Virus record (IMG/VR): IMGVR_UViG_3300035190_001531
Span: 1-28,578 of that record
Length of the DNA: 28,578 nucleotides
Reading direction: 5' to 3' (one strand)
Origin: a virus
Below the pieces are notes generated by a model. That model was not told the origin of the DNA. It ran no database searches and was given only the letters and a program-made list of their open reading frames with translations. Position numbers and translations under genes: made by a program. Positions 9,353-17,649 of this stretch are shown here, piece after piece (the first letter of the stretch is position 1; the number at the start of each line of letters is the position of its first letter).

Positions 9353-9868
9353 TTACAGTTTCATTGAGTTTTCAATTTTGTCCAACTGCTTCATCATCGC
9401 AACAGCCCCCGCATTTTCGTTAGCATAGTTACCAACAGCTTGCATTAAATATACAGCTTGAGTGTCAAGTTGTTTCTGAGTATTCAACTTTTCAGTAAAG
9501 CGTTTTAGAGAACCTTCAGCCACACCTTTAACATATTGTTGGTCAGCTTCGTACCATTCAGTCCGTGCTTTATCAACCTTCAATTGAGCTTCAACAATTA
9601 TCTTTTTATTGGATGCTGCTTTAATCGCATTCTCGGCGATAATCTTAGCTCCCTTAGCCTCATTCTCGGAGGGGTTGACTCGGTCGGGAATGTTGAATTG
9701 TTGGTCAAAATCATCGGTTCCTGCATAGCTGCGTTCACGGGTATAGGGGGTGATATCACCTTTTCCGGTAGGGGTCATCACTTTAGAGAAATTAGCACCC
9801 GTGCCAGCTTCTTTGATAATGTTTCCGGTTGAAAATCGACTGCGTAACCCGTCTAGTTTAGTTGCCAT
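9353..9868 (-). CDS. Hypothetical coiled-coil-rich soluble protein
   Basis: Start at MATKLDGLRSRF is supported by a GGAG ribosome-binding site upstream (GGAGTAAAATCAATG). Gln/Lys/Glu-rich helical composition. Confidence 0.6.
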   Translation of the reverse strand: MATKLDGLRSRFSTGNIIKEAGTGANFSKVMTPTGKGDITPYTRERSYAGTDDFDQQFNIPDRVNPSENEAKGAKIIAENAIKAASNKKIIVEAQLKVDKARTEWYEADQQYVKGVAEGSLKRFTEKLNTQKQLDTQAVYLMQAVGNYANENAGAVAMMKQLDKIENSMKL

Positions 9869-10124
9869 TGATTTTACTCCACTCATTAAGTAATTGTTTT
9901 TTACAACCTTCACCACCTTTAGCTTTTAGGCATTTTTCATACCCTGAAAGATTGGCTACAGCTACAAACTTCTGAAATTCCTCTGTTGGTTTATTTGTTA
10001 ATCTGACAACTTCAGAAGTTATCAAGCCAACTAACAATAAACTCAACAGAGCCATTGACCAATTGAAAACGTGAAACCCTGTTATCTGGGGGGAGGTCTG
10101 GGTTTCAGATTGTTGTAAATACAT
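9858..10124 (-). CDS. Small single-TM protein
   Basis: One hydrophobic helix 'WSMALLSLLLVGLITSEVV'; 1-nt gap from the rhomboid gene. Confidence 0.55.
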   Translation of the reverse strand: MYLQQSETQTSPQITGFHVFNWSMALLSLLLVGLITSEVVRLTNKPTEEFQKFVAVANLSGYEKCLKAKGGEGCKKQLLNEWSKINGN

Positions 10125-10673
10125 TTAGTTTGTCTCCAATTTCTGACTGTTTGCATCTAAATACCCCGCTATCGCACCACCAATAAACCCTGCCAGATGA
10201 CCTTCCCAACTAATCCCTTGCGCAACCGATGGCAGCATTCCGCCGATTAAACCTTGAAATATTACCCAAGTGATTGTTGCACATACCAAATTAGGGAAAT
10301 CCAACCGGAATATAGCTGACAAAAGGCAAAATCCAAAAAATCCATATATCACCCCGCTTGCTCCTATATGATTTGAACCAGGTTGACCAAAGAACCAAAC
10401 ACCAAAGCCTTCAATTATTGAAATCAGCCAAAAGTTGTAATTAAATTTTCCAGGGGCTTTGAAAATTGTCAAAGTTGCCAATGGCAAATATCCGACTGTG
10501 TTCCCTATCAAGTGTTGGGGATCTCCGTGTAGGAATGGCGAGGTTATAATTCCCAACATTCCTATACCTTCCACTCCTGGTCTGATTCCAAAATAATCAA
10601 ATCCGGGGAAAAACATCTCTAAAGCCCACATTATTCCCAGATAGGTAGCTGCACACTTAAAATCTTTCAACAT
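10125..10673 (-). CDS. Rhomboid family intramembrane serine protease
   Basis: 'HLIGNTVGYLPL', catalytic 'GASGVIYGFFGF' (GxSG) and 'WEGHLAGFIGGAIAG' (catalytic His), embedded in TM helices. Confidence 0.93.
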   Translation of the reverse strand: MLKDFKCAATYLGIMWALEMFFPGFDYFGIRPGVEGIGMLGIITSPFLHGDPQHLIGNTVGYLPLATLTIFKAPGKFNYNFWLISIIEGFGVWFFGQPGSNHIGASGVIYGFFGFCLLSAIFRLDFPNLVCATITWVIFQGLIGGMLPSVAQGISWEGHLAGFIGGAIAGYLDANSQKLETN

Positions 10674-10677
10674 GGAT

Positions 10678-10830
10678 TTACCAGTCTAAAATTATCGAAC
10701 CCGGTGTTTGATTTTGTGGTGATTGTGTTTGGCGTTGGTTTGGTAAACTTAGTTTTCCAGAATAGAGGAAAAAAGCCAAGGCAACTAACGCAATACCACC
10801 CCAAATTAAATTCTGTTTGTTTTTTTCCAT
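10678..10830 (-). CDS. Small single-TM protein (50 aa) not in the supplied ORF track
   Basis: Manual translation: MEKNKQNLIWGGIALVALAFFLYSGKLSLPNQRQTQSPQNQTPGSIILDW*. AAAGGA ribosome-binding site 5' of ATG; abuts the rhomboid gene. Confidence 0.6.
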   Translation of the reverse strand: MEKNKQNLIWGGIALVALAFFLYSGKLSLPNQRQTQSPQNQTPGSIILDW

Positions 10831-10982
10831 ATTTTCCTTTGTTGTTTATCTGTTCGTTTTGAATTGTTCATAATATCGGTTACAAACAATGTTGTTATGG
10901 ATTGCAACTAACGGGGGAATTGTTAGGTAAATAAAAATTCCAAAAATCATCCATTGGATAATAAATCTATGGTTTATCGTTA

Positions 10983-11117
10983 TCACAAATCCCCCTCTAT
11001 ATAAGCTCGACAAAAGGCTCCGGTATTGTCTGGGGTGCGATTATCGGTAATATCTGCACCCCCTCTCTTTAGGCAAATAAAATAAGTTAAGAACCAAACT
11101 ACTATCCAAAACATCAT
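10983..11117 (-). CDS. Small single-TM protein (44 aa) not in the supplied ORF track
   Basis: Manual translation: MMFWIVVWFLTYFICLKRGGADITDNRTPDNTGAFCRAYIEGDL*. Confidence 0.35.
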   Translation of the reverse strand: MMFWIVVWFLTYFICLKRGGADITDNRTPDNTGAFCRAYIEGDL

Positions 11118-11192
11118 TTCTTTGCGTGTGTAAAAATTCCACATTGGTTTCTGTGATGTTTCAATTCTTGTTTAAATCAATAATAAAAACCA

Positions 11193-11444
11193 TCAGTTTC
11201 GATTATTGATAATCACAGGTGGGGATGGTTGACTAGGACGTTCAACATACCTTGCACCCCCCATAACAATCGGAGATATAAAAATCAAAAATATAAATCC
11301 TAGTGGTATCCACAAGATATCTGAAGACCAACCCCCAGATTTAATGTTTTGATTGGGTTGTTGTTGGCAATTATTAAAAGGTTGTTGCTGGTAGTTTTGA
11401 CCAGGAGCTTCATAATAGTTGACTTCGATTTTTGGCTTACTCAT
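11193..11444 (-). CDS. Small Gln/Asn-rich single-TM protein
   Basis: 'GGWSSDILWIPLGFIFLIFISPIVMGG' TM segment after a Q/N-rich N-terminus. Confidence 0.5.
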   Translation of the reverse strand: MSKPKIEVNYYEAPGQNYQQQPFNNCQQQPNQNIKSGGWSSDILWIPLGFIFLIFISPIVMGGARYVERPSQPSPPVIINNRN

Positions 11445-11471
11445 GATTTTCTCCTTTTAATTATTAAAAAA

Positions 11472-11747
11472 TTAATCGTTTCTGATGTTGTAAACAGTCG
11501 GTGCATTTCCTTGAGGAACAGAATAAGCACCTGAAGGCATTGCAGTAGGATTTATTTGTGGTCTTGCTAAAAAGTTTTGCAAAACTAAGCCTCCAACAAT
11601 TCCTAAAACTAACCACTGCCAACCTTTTAATTTGTCAAAGATATTGTCTTTCATTGTTTCATCCTCTCCTAATAGTTCGTTGATTAATGCTAATTTTTCA
11701 TAATCTTTATCAGAACAAACTTTCTGAGATAAGATTCTTTTTTTCAT
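11472..11747 (-). CDS. Small single-TM protein (start uncertain: 11747 or 11654)
   Basis: The ORF track opens at 11876, but that part overlaps the 11758-12075 gene. A GGAGAGG ribosome-binding site precedes MKDNIFDKLKGWQWLVLGIVGGLVL. Confidence 0.5.
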   Translation of the reverse strand: MKKRILSQKVCSDKDYEKLALINELLGEDETMKDNIFDKLKGWQWLVLGIVGGLVLQNFLARPQINPTAMPSGAYSVPQGNAPTVYNIRND

Positions 11748-11757
11748 CTGTTTAAGC

Positions 11758-12075
11758 TCAGAAGAACTTAAAGATTGTGTTTTGACTCCCGATGTTGAAT
11801 CTGTAACCTGGTAATCCTGAATCACCGTATCCGCGTTCTGCAATCTCTGGATTCTGTTGATACTGATGTGGTTCATATTCTTGAGTTTCTTGAGGTAATG
11901 TGTACTCGTATTCTTGGGTTACAGTTCTGCGGTTTCGGCATGGACTTTGTGGCATGGTTTCTGTTTGCAAATAAGCATCTTGGTAGGTATACCCTTGGGG
12001 TAATTCAGATGCCATAGCTTGACCTGTCACGGATGTGACCAAGCACAAGACAAGGCTTGTGCCAAGTTGTGCCAT
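11758..12075 (-). CDS. Secreted small protein with signal peptide
   Basis: The internal start MAQLGTSLVLCLVTSVTGQAMASELPQG gives a canonical signal peptide; the mature part is Gln/Tyr/Glu-rich. Confidence 0.5.
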   Translation of the reverse strand: MAQLGTSLVLCLVTSVTGQAMASELPQGYTYQDAYLQTETMPQSPCRNRRTVTQEYEYTLPQETQEYEPHQYQQNPEIAERGYGDSGLPGYRFNIGSQNTIFKFF

Positions 12076-12143
12076 GTTTTTTACCGGAATCACCGTACCA
12101 CATGACAGGTTGTCGTGAACCAACGGGAGAAGAATTGTATCCA

Positions 12144-12338
12144 TCATTTTGAGTCCTTTTCAATGAGATTAATAAACTGGTTTCTTGCAGAGAGTAGACT
12201 GCAAATCCCGTTAGCATTTGCTTGAATCATCCAGAGGGCTAACCCGCCACCAATACCTGTTCCAATTATCAAGAGTATGATTGTATTTATCATTGATTTC
12301 TTGATGTTGTTTGCTGTTTTTACGATAGATGACACCAT
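12144..12338 (-). CDS. Small single-TM protein
   Basis: 'SMINTIILLIIGTGIGGGLALWMI' TM helix. Confidence 0.45.
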   Translation of the reverse strand: MVSSIVKTANNIKKSMINTIILLIIGTGIGGGLALWMIQANANGICSLLSARNQFINLIEKDSK

Positions 12339-12417
12339 GATTAAACCCTGATTATTGAACTAACAAATCCCTCCGTGCATAAGAAAAACTACTTCGGGAT
12401 ATTGTTTTTTAATTGGT

Positions 12418-12963
12418 TTATTTGCCCTCCGGCAATGCAAAGTAACCGAGTACGTTTTCACTTCCGGTAAGTTGAAATCGATCTGCTCTTTCGACCTCTC
12501 GAATCTCGGCATCAATAATCATTCCCACCTGATTGAAACAGGTTGTTACTTTTGCAAATTCAAAGCCTTGGGCAAAATGTTCTAAGACTTTATCCTGTAG
12601 TTTTTCCGCAGCCAGTTCAACAACCTTGGGGGCTATTTGTTCGGCTAGATTGTCAGCCATTTTGTCGATTGTTTCAGCCATTGATCCAGCCGCGTGTTCG
12701 GCTTTTCCGCCCGTTTTCTTTTGCTGTGATTGCAGGTCTTTAACGTACTTTTCAACAGCTTGGGAGACAGATAACGAGTGAGTTTGTTGTATCGCGATGA
12801 TTGAGGAAAGAATCGCTACCATCCCATTTTGAGGAACATTTGTTGCGTCAAAATGGAAATTTTCTACCAGAGAGGAAATGATTAATCTAGCTCTTTCTGG
12901 TTTGACTTTAACCGCAGAGGCGATCGCGTCAAGGTCGTAGTTTTGTTGAGTTTGTGCTGTCAT
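12418..12963 (-). CDS. Hypothetical plasmid/phage protein, helical
   Basis: 181-aa ORF overlapping the start of the next HTH gene (ATGA-like coupling). Confidence 0.6.
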   Translation of the reverse strand: MTAQTQQNYDLDAIASAVKVKPERARLIISSLVENFHFDATNVPQNGMVAILSSIIAIQQTHSLSVSQAVEKYVKDLQSQQKKTGGKAEHAAGSMAETIDKMADNLAEQIAPKVVELAAEKLQDKVLEHFAQGFEFAKVTTCFNQVGMIIDAEIREVERADRFQLTGSENVLGYFALPEGK

Positions 12964-13217
12964 AGTCCTCTTAATTTAATGTCGTTTAAAATCCGTTCAC
13001 GGGTTCGAGTTCTTGCCCTGTTTTTGTACTCGATTAACTTGCTTGCAGCATCAGCCGAAATCATGCCGTCATTGGGTTGAAAATCAAATTCCTCTGGGCT
13101 TAAAACGCCTCGGAGGTCTTGACATAGGGTTCGGAGGTAATTAACCGAAACTCCTAAACTCTCGGCTACCTGCTCACGGGTAAAATGGGTAATTTCCTCA
13201 ATACTTGCGCTCCGCAT
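12960..13217 (-). CDS. Small HTH (MerR/excisionase-like) DNA-binding protein
   Basis: 'FTREQVAESLGVSVNYLRTLCQDL' HTH pattern; coupled to the downstream gene. Confidence 0.55.
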   Translation of the reverse strand: MRSASIEEITHFTREQVAESLGVSVNYLRTLCQDLRGVLSPEEFDFQPNDGMISADAASKLIEYKNRARTRTRERILNDIKLRGL

Positions 13218-13340
13218 AAATGATTACAAATCGTTTGGTTTCTGTTTGTTAAGCGAAATGAAACGCTTGACTAACAACAACAATAAACCCCCTACAGAGA
13301 GGGGGTCAATGTCATTTCGTCACTGGATGTCATTCTGTCA

Positions 13341-13556
13341 CTAATTACTCATTGTTTGAGCTAACAAAGATAGGTGACGACGGAAAACAACGTATTTAGG
13401 AGCGTTGTTATTGGAGTTGTTTTGATGTCTAAAAACCGTTCTCCGGTCGGCTCCTGTCTGAATGCAAATCCAATCAATAGATTTATTGTATTTGCTTACA
13501 AATTCCTGAACCGATAGTTCGGTTGATGTTTGATATACCATTGTAATAGCCTCCAA
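13341..13556 (-). CDS. Small HTH protein
   Basis: 'LSVQEFVSKYNKSIDWICIQTGADRRTVFRH' HTH-like. Confidence 0.45.
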   Translation of the reverse strand: MEAITMVYQTSTELSVQEFVSKYNKSIDWICIQTGADRRTVFRHQNNSNNNAPKYVVFRRHLSLLAQTMSN

Positions 13557-13622
13557 GTTGTGCTTAGTCGTGAACTTGTGGGTGGGATTGATCGGCTGTT
13601 ATCCGATCAATCCCCTTTAAGT

Positions 13623-13892
13623 TTAAATTCGTGAATTTCGCCACGCTTCTATGCTTTCCCAACCGATAGGGATCAATGGGATTAAGTTGCTTGGTTTATA
13701 GCATTTCTCATGAATCCGTCCAGCCTCTATACTGAATGACCTGGTACTCGGCGGGATCTCTTTTCCACACTCTACACAAACAACAGACTCGGGTTTGTAA
13801 GCAGTGGGATTCATTAGGTCTTTAAGCTCCTCTGGAGATGGGGTATATTCGTCGATATCCCATTCATCATCGCTATAGTTATCCATGTTCAT
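13623..13892 (-). CDS. Small protein with CxxC zinc-binding-like motif
   Basis: Start reassigned to MNMDNYSDDEWDIDEYTPSPEELKDLMN; motif 'CVECGKEIPPSTRSFSIEAGRIHEKC'. The upstream extension of the track ORF is antisense to 14005-14235. Confidence 0.5.
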   Translation of the reverse strand: MNMDNYSDDEWDIDEYTPSPEELKDLMNPTAYKPESVVCVECGKEIPPSTRSFSIEAGRIHEKCYKPSNLIPLIPIGWESIEAWRNSRI

Positions 13893-14004
13893 TTGACTTG
13901 TTTTAAGGTGGGGTTGGGATTGAGGTGAGAGGGGTTGGAGCCTTCTCGCCTCTTTTAGCGTGATTAAAATATTGTACACTGAACAGTAACAATAATGGAA
14001 CAAT

Positions 14005-14235
14005 ATGGCAAGCGACAAGAAAAACAGAATTAACTCAACGCTCCCGGAATTCCATCGGAAATGGTTAAAGGTATGGGCTTTCCTGAAGTGCACCACGCCG
14101 ACCGCATTGGCTGGCAATATTCTCCAGGCTAGGATCGAAGCTAACCTAGACTTGATTAGTCGGATGTTAGCAGAAAGGTCTGAAGATTTGGGGATATCTT
14201 CAGACGAGTTAATCAATCGGATTTTGGATGAATAG
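14005..14235 (+). CDS. Small RHH-like plasmid/phage regulatory protein, oriented against the surrounding genes
   Basis: 'MASDKKNRINSTLPEFHRKWLKVWAFLKCTTPTALAGNILQARIEANLDLISRMLAERSEDLG' fits the short ribbon-helix-helix type found on cyanobacterial plasmids. Confidence 0.55.
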   Translation: MASDKKNRINSTLPEFHRKWLKVWAFLKCTTPTALAGNILQARIEANLDLISRMLAERSEDLGISSDELINRILDE

Positions 14236-14568
14236 CTAAAACAAACTTAATTGACCCTCACTAGCAACCGCTTTACGTTTTGGATTGTTCCACGATTCCC
14301 CACGACTGTTGACACAGTTTCGCCAGTCGGGATAGGTTCTGAATGGTTGTTTCAGAGCCACAAATTTCGGAACGAGTTTCAATTCCTCAAGCCAGATTTT
14401 ATAAGGGGAATATTCTCTGGCTCCGAATGGATACCGCGCATTGACATATTCCCGTGCGTCTTGTGGGTTAATTTCTTGACCGAGGCAAGCGCATTGTGCT
14501 TCATATTCAAGGAGGGAGTTTGCAATCTTTGATATTGAACAATCGCGCCAAGACATTGATTTTTTCAT
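14236..14568 (-). CDS. Hypothetical protein
   Basis: 110-aa ORF overlapping the next ORF by 1 nt. Confidence 0.5.
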   Translation of the reverse strand: MKKSMSWRDCSISKIANSLLEYEAQCACLGQEINPQDAREYVNARYPFGAREYSPYKIWLEELKLVPKFVALKQPFRTYPDWRNCVNSRGESWNNPKRKAVASEGQLSLF

Positions 14569-14861
14569 TACTTAACAAGTGTGGGACTAAAATCAACCTC
14601 ACAATCCAAGTCCCAAAATAGATTGGCAGAGGTTCTATATAGGCAAAAAACACGGTCACTCTCAAGATCAATTAAGTAACATTCTTGCCTTTTGTCTTCC
14701 TGGTTCCAATGTTCGCCCGTTGATTGGCAGTCATTGGGGTCAATTAATTGACTTTCTAATTTGCGACGATCCTCTATTCTTAACATCCGAGAATCAAACC
14801 CTCGTTTTTCAACAGATGACAGCCAATTGTATAATCGTCGAGACCCAGTAACTTTAATCAT
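14568..14861 (-). CDS. Hypothetical protein
   Basis: 97-aa ORF with 'YNWLSSVEKRGFDSRMLRIEDRRKLESQLIDPNDCQSTGEHWNQ'. Confidence 0.45.
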   Translation of the reverse strand: MIKVTGSRRLYNWLSSVEKRGFDSRMLRIEDRRKLESQLIDPNDCQSTGEHWNQEDKRQECYLIDLESDRVFCLYRTSANLFWDLDCEVDFSPTLVK

Positions 14862-15014
14862 TTAATTACCCTCCGAACTAGGATAGTTAAGCCAATACCA
14901 AAACGTGATTAATTGATAGTTGGCTGGGTTTCTGTGGCGGATAATATTACGCCATAGTCTGAAGTTAGTCTTGTAGTCATGTGACCCGTCGCGCCATAAG
15001 TTAATTAGATTCAT
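14862..15014 (-). CDS. Small hypothetical protein (50 aa) not in the supplied ORF track
   Basis: Manual translation: MNLINLWRDGSHDYKTNFRLWRNIIRHRNPANYQLITFWYWLNYPSSEGN*. AAAGGA ribosome-binding site upstream; stop abuts the next gene's start. Confidence 0.45.
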   Translation of the reverse strand: MNLINLWRDGSHDYKTNFRLWRNIIRHRNPANYQLITFWYWLNYPSSEGN

Positions 15015-15022
15015 GCTGTCCT

Positions 15023-15283
15023 TTACTTTCTAGGGTTTAGCGATCGCCTATAAATTGCCATCGCTCTAATGTGGTTTGGATCATTGATATTTTCATGACA
15101 CTGAATCCAATTTCTTATCAGCGTCAAATTGTACAAATATCCCGCCCGATTCCCGCCAGGGCGTTTGTAATAATGAATTTTGTCAATCCATTTTTTACGA
15201 TAATGTTTGACGGAATCGGCACTCCTCAGTCCCAAGAGTTGGGCGGCTTCCGTCTTGGAGCCAAATTCGTAGGCTGCAATCAT
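15023..15283 (-). CDS. Small HTH/excisionase-like protein
   Basis: 'SKTEAAQLLGLRSADSVKHYRKKWIDKIHYYKRPGG' HTH pattern. Confidence 0.5.
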   Translation of the reverse strand: MIAAYEFGSKTEAAQLLGLRSADSVKHYRKKWIDKIHYYKRPGGNRAGYLYNLTLIRNWIQCHENINDPNHIRAMAIYRRSLNPRK

Positions 15284-15675
15284 AAACCTTGAATCCTTAA
15301 CTGAATAGGAACCTCGTTAATCTCCAACAATCCTTTTTTAGAAAGTTTTGCCAATTCAACCTGAACATCTTGCACGTCGAATTTAATTTCTTTTTCCTTC
15401 CCCAATGGAGTTACGCCAGAACAGTCAAGTATTGTGATTAGATTTTCTGGTGTAACTTCTAAATCTTTATTGCAGCCATAAAGAAGACGAAGCATATAGA
15501 GAATGTAGACAGATTTGTTTATTCCCCCTGCTATTAAATCCGATTGCAAATTATAAACAGATTGGACTAATTTACCCTGTTCATTCATCACTGTCCCCAT
15601 ATTTTTCTCTGGGAATTGGACAATATTTTCTTCCGTCGCCTCTGCATTTCCTAGCGAATACTCTCCCACAAACAT
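15280..15675 (-). CDS. Hypothetical protein with wHTH-like C-terminal part
   Basis: Start at MFVGEYSLGNAEATEE is supported by a perfect AGGAGG ribosome-binding site (CTAAATAGGAGGAAAACCATG). Confidence 0.55.
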   Translation of the reverse strand: MFVGEYSLGNAEATEENIVQFPEKNMGTVMNEQGKLVQSVYNLQSDLIAGGINKSVYILYMLRLLYGCNKDLEVTPENLITILDCSGVTPLGKEKEIKFDVQDVQVELAKLSKKGLLEINEVPIQLRIQGL

Positions 15676-15685
15676 GGTTTTCCTC

Positions 15686-15976
15686 CTATTTAGTAAATGC
15701 AATCTTGGCATCCCAGAGGGTTTGAAGCCACTGGTTTTGAGTTGGCATTAAGTGTTCGTTATTTTTGAATGGATAGGGGAATATTCTCCTTGCTATTTTA
15801 GACGCTAGGATCGCGTCTTTTTTAGAGTGAAAATACCCTGGGAAACATCGCCCCGATGCCAAGTGAGTGACACCCCAATAATCGTCATCAAGTCGGTTAA
15901 CGGCTAACCATTTACGGACTGTTGCCTTTATTTTCCAGCGCCCATAAATAGTATGGGTTACAATCGTTTTTCTCAT
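15686..15976 (-). CDS. Hypothetical protein
   Basis: 96-aa ORF in a tight operon. Confidence 0.45.
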   Translation of the reverse strand: MRKTIVTHTIYGRWKIKATVRKWLAVNRLDDDYWGVTHLASGRCFPGYFHSKKDAILASKIARRIFPYPFKNNEHLMPTQNQWLQTLWDAKIAFTK

Positions 15977-16164
15977 GACTCAACCCTTGTTCTTGTGATA
16001 ACTGAAACGGGAACTCCGTCCCAATCTTCCTGGATATAGTATCTACCAGTGCCAGATTTGTTCATTTCCTCGCACTTTTTCCGAGCTTGATTAAATCTCG
16101 GATAAGACGCGATAATAACGCCTTTTCCTAGTTCCCAAATCGCGTAGCCCTTCTGTTTACTCAT
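15973..16164 (-). CDS. Small hypothetical protein
   Basis: 63-aa ORF with 4-nt overlap upstream and overlap downstream. Confidence 0.45.
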   Translation of the reverse strand: MSKQKGYAIWELGKGVIIASYPRFNQARKKCEEMNKSGTGRYYIQEDWDGVPVSVITRTRVES

Positions 16165-16510
16165 TACCTTTCTGTATTCGTCTTAGTGTTAATTTGGCAT
16201 ATTCAATGGCAAAAAATATGCCCCCCTCATACTGTTCTATGAGGTGTTCTGCAAACTCCTGATTTAGAGTTGGCAATTTGCAAAACAATTGTTGATAAAT
16301 TTCCTCCGGTTGTGAGGTTTTTTTTGCTGACCGGAATGATGGGGCGACCCTACCGTAATCGGCAGGGAGTTCCCCGACTCGCTTCCACTGGAAAAGCGTG
16401 GCTCTCCCTATCCCAAGATTTCGAGATATCTCCGTCAGGCTTTTGCCCGACTTAATAGCTTCGTAAGCTATTTTCCTAATTTCTGGAGAATAACGCTTCG
16501 TACTTGACAT
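16157..16510 (-). CDS. HTH protein (transposase/Hin-like N-terminal HTH)
   Basis: 'RYSPEIRKIAYEAIKSGKSLTEISRNLGIGRATLFQWKR' HTH. Confidence 0.65.
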   Translation of the reverse strand: MSSTKRYSPEIRKIAYEAIKSGKSLTEISRNLGIGRATLFQWKRVGELPADYGRVAPSFRSAKKTSQPEEIYQQLFCKLPTLNQEFAEHLIEQYEGGIFFAIEYAKLTLRRIQKGNE

Positions 16511-16645
16511 CTGGTTTCTGGTTAATGGTTATTGGGTTAAAAAAAGGGTGTAACTAGAGGGCTTTCCACCCCAGGAGATTCTTACTTACAAACACAATTA
16601 AATGATCTTTGTCTGGACATCACCTCCTTTCTGTCTTAAATTTAT

Positions 16646-17080
16646 TCAACACTCTGAAATATAGGTATAAGCATCATTTTGAAACTGCTCATTTTCCCGC
16701 AAAGATTGATGGTACTCTCCCATCTTTTTCAATGCGTGACCAAAATGTTTTAATGTCCCTCCCTCAAGTTTTATTAAATAAGATCCATTGTTGTTGAAAT
16801 AATTAGGAAATCTCGATGAAATTGGACTATACCAATACAAATACATTTCATCATCTCCAATGAGCAGACCGATGTCACCTTGAAACATTTTTTCATCTTC
16901 ATCAGAAAAGTCTTCAACCTTTTCTAATGTTTCGGATTTGATCGTGTGACACAAAAACGTAACGTCCGATACTATACTTGTGTCAATCTCTATGTCTAAA
17001 ATGCCTGTTGTGGCTTCTAATGTCAGGTTGCTTCCCTGACTTAATAAATTTATTAAAACCTGTAATTGTGGTGTTAGCAT
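16646..17080 (-). CDS. Hypothetical protein
   Basis: 144-aa ORF overlapping the ASCH gene start. Confidence 0.5.
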   Translation of the reverse strand: MLTPQLQVLINLLSQGSNLTLEATTGILDIEIDTSIVSDVTFLCHTIKSETLEKVEDFSDEDEKMFQGDIGLLIGDDEMYLYWYSPISSRFPNYFNNNGSYLIKLEGGTLKHFGHALKKMGEYHQSLRENEQFQNDAYTYISEC

Positions 17081-17352
17081 ACATCTCCAAGTGATAAAAC
17101 ATAAACTTCTGTCCCTTGTTCAATTGTTCCTTCGCTCCATTCAGGCTTGGGGATTCCCTTAGAGATTCCCAACAATTCAACAGTTATCGAGGGGACGCTG
17201 TTGCCGTATCCGTTGGTAAATCGGATATGGGTTAGTGGCTTATGAAATCGGGTTGTATAGTATGGCTTAATTTCTCGATATTCTTCCTTTTTTTCGCCGG
17301 AAGCTATCATGTCAAACCACTTTTTCTTAATGGCTAAGGTTAATATTGTCAT
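17074..17352 (-). CDS. ASCH-domain protein
   Basis: 'LAIKKKWFDMIASGEKKEEYREIKPYYTTRF...ITVELLGISKG' is characteristic of small ASCH proteins. Confidence 0.75.
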   Translation of the reverse strand: MTILTLAIKKKWFDMIASGEKKEEYREIKPYYTTRFHKPLTHIRFTNGYGNSVPSITVELLGISKGIPKPEWSEGTIEQGTEVYVLSLGDVC

Positions 17353-17597
17353 AACCCTTTTCCTGCTCTCATTAACTCGTTAATCCATTTAGTTCGTAGG
17401 CGTTTTGCCTCTTTCTCGTTGTCGCAGGGCGGTTGGTATTGACTAGAAAGAACAGTGTTTTCTCTTAATAGAAACCACTCGGTTCCCGTTAACCACCAAT
17501 CCCCCTCTCTTGTTCCCCAAAGTTCGACACCTTCTGGCATCGCGCAATAATCCTTGTCGTAATTTGAAGCTATTATTCGGACTTCTGATGCGTTCAT
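17349..17597 (-). CDS. Hypothetical protein
   Basis: 82-aa ORF coupled (4 nt overlap) to the ASCH gene. Confidence 0.45.
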   Translation of the reverse strand: MNASEVRIIASNYDKDYCAMPEGVELWGTREGDWWLTGTEWFLLRENTVLSSQYQPPCDNEKEAKRLRTKWINELMRAGKGL

Positions 17598-17649
17598 ATG
17601 TCATAGCTGTAGAGTTTTGAATTGGGGGAATTTCACCCCCAGGAGTTGT

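Noticed and set aside
12533-12781. Forward ORFs 12533-12781 and 12543-12743
   Set aside because: They are antisense shadows of the 12418-12963 gene with Cys/Ser/Pro-rich low-plausibility protein sequence.
14251-14532. 93-aa forward ORF
   Set aside because: It is antisense to the 14236-14568 gene in the leftward operon, with no supporting features.
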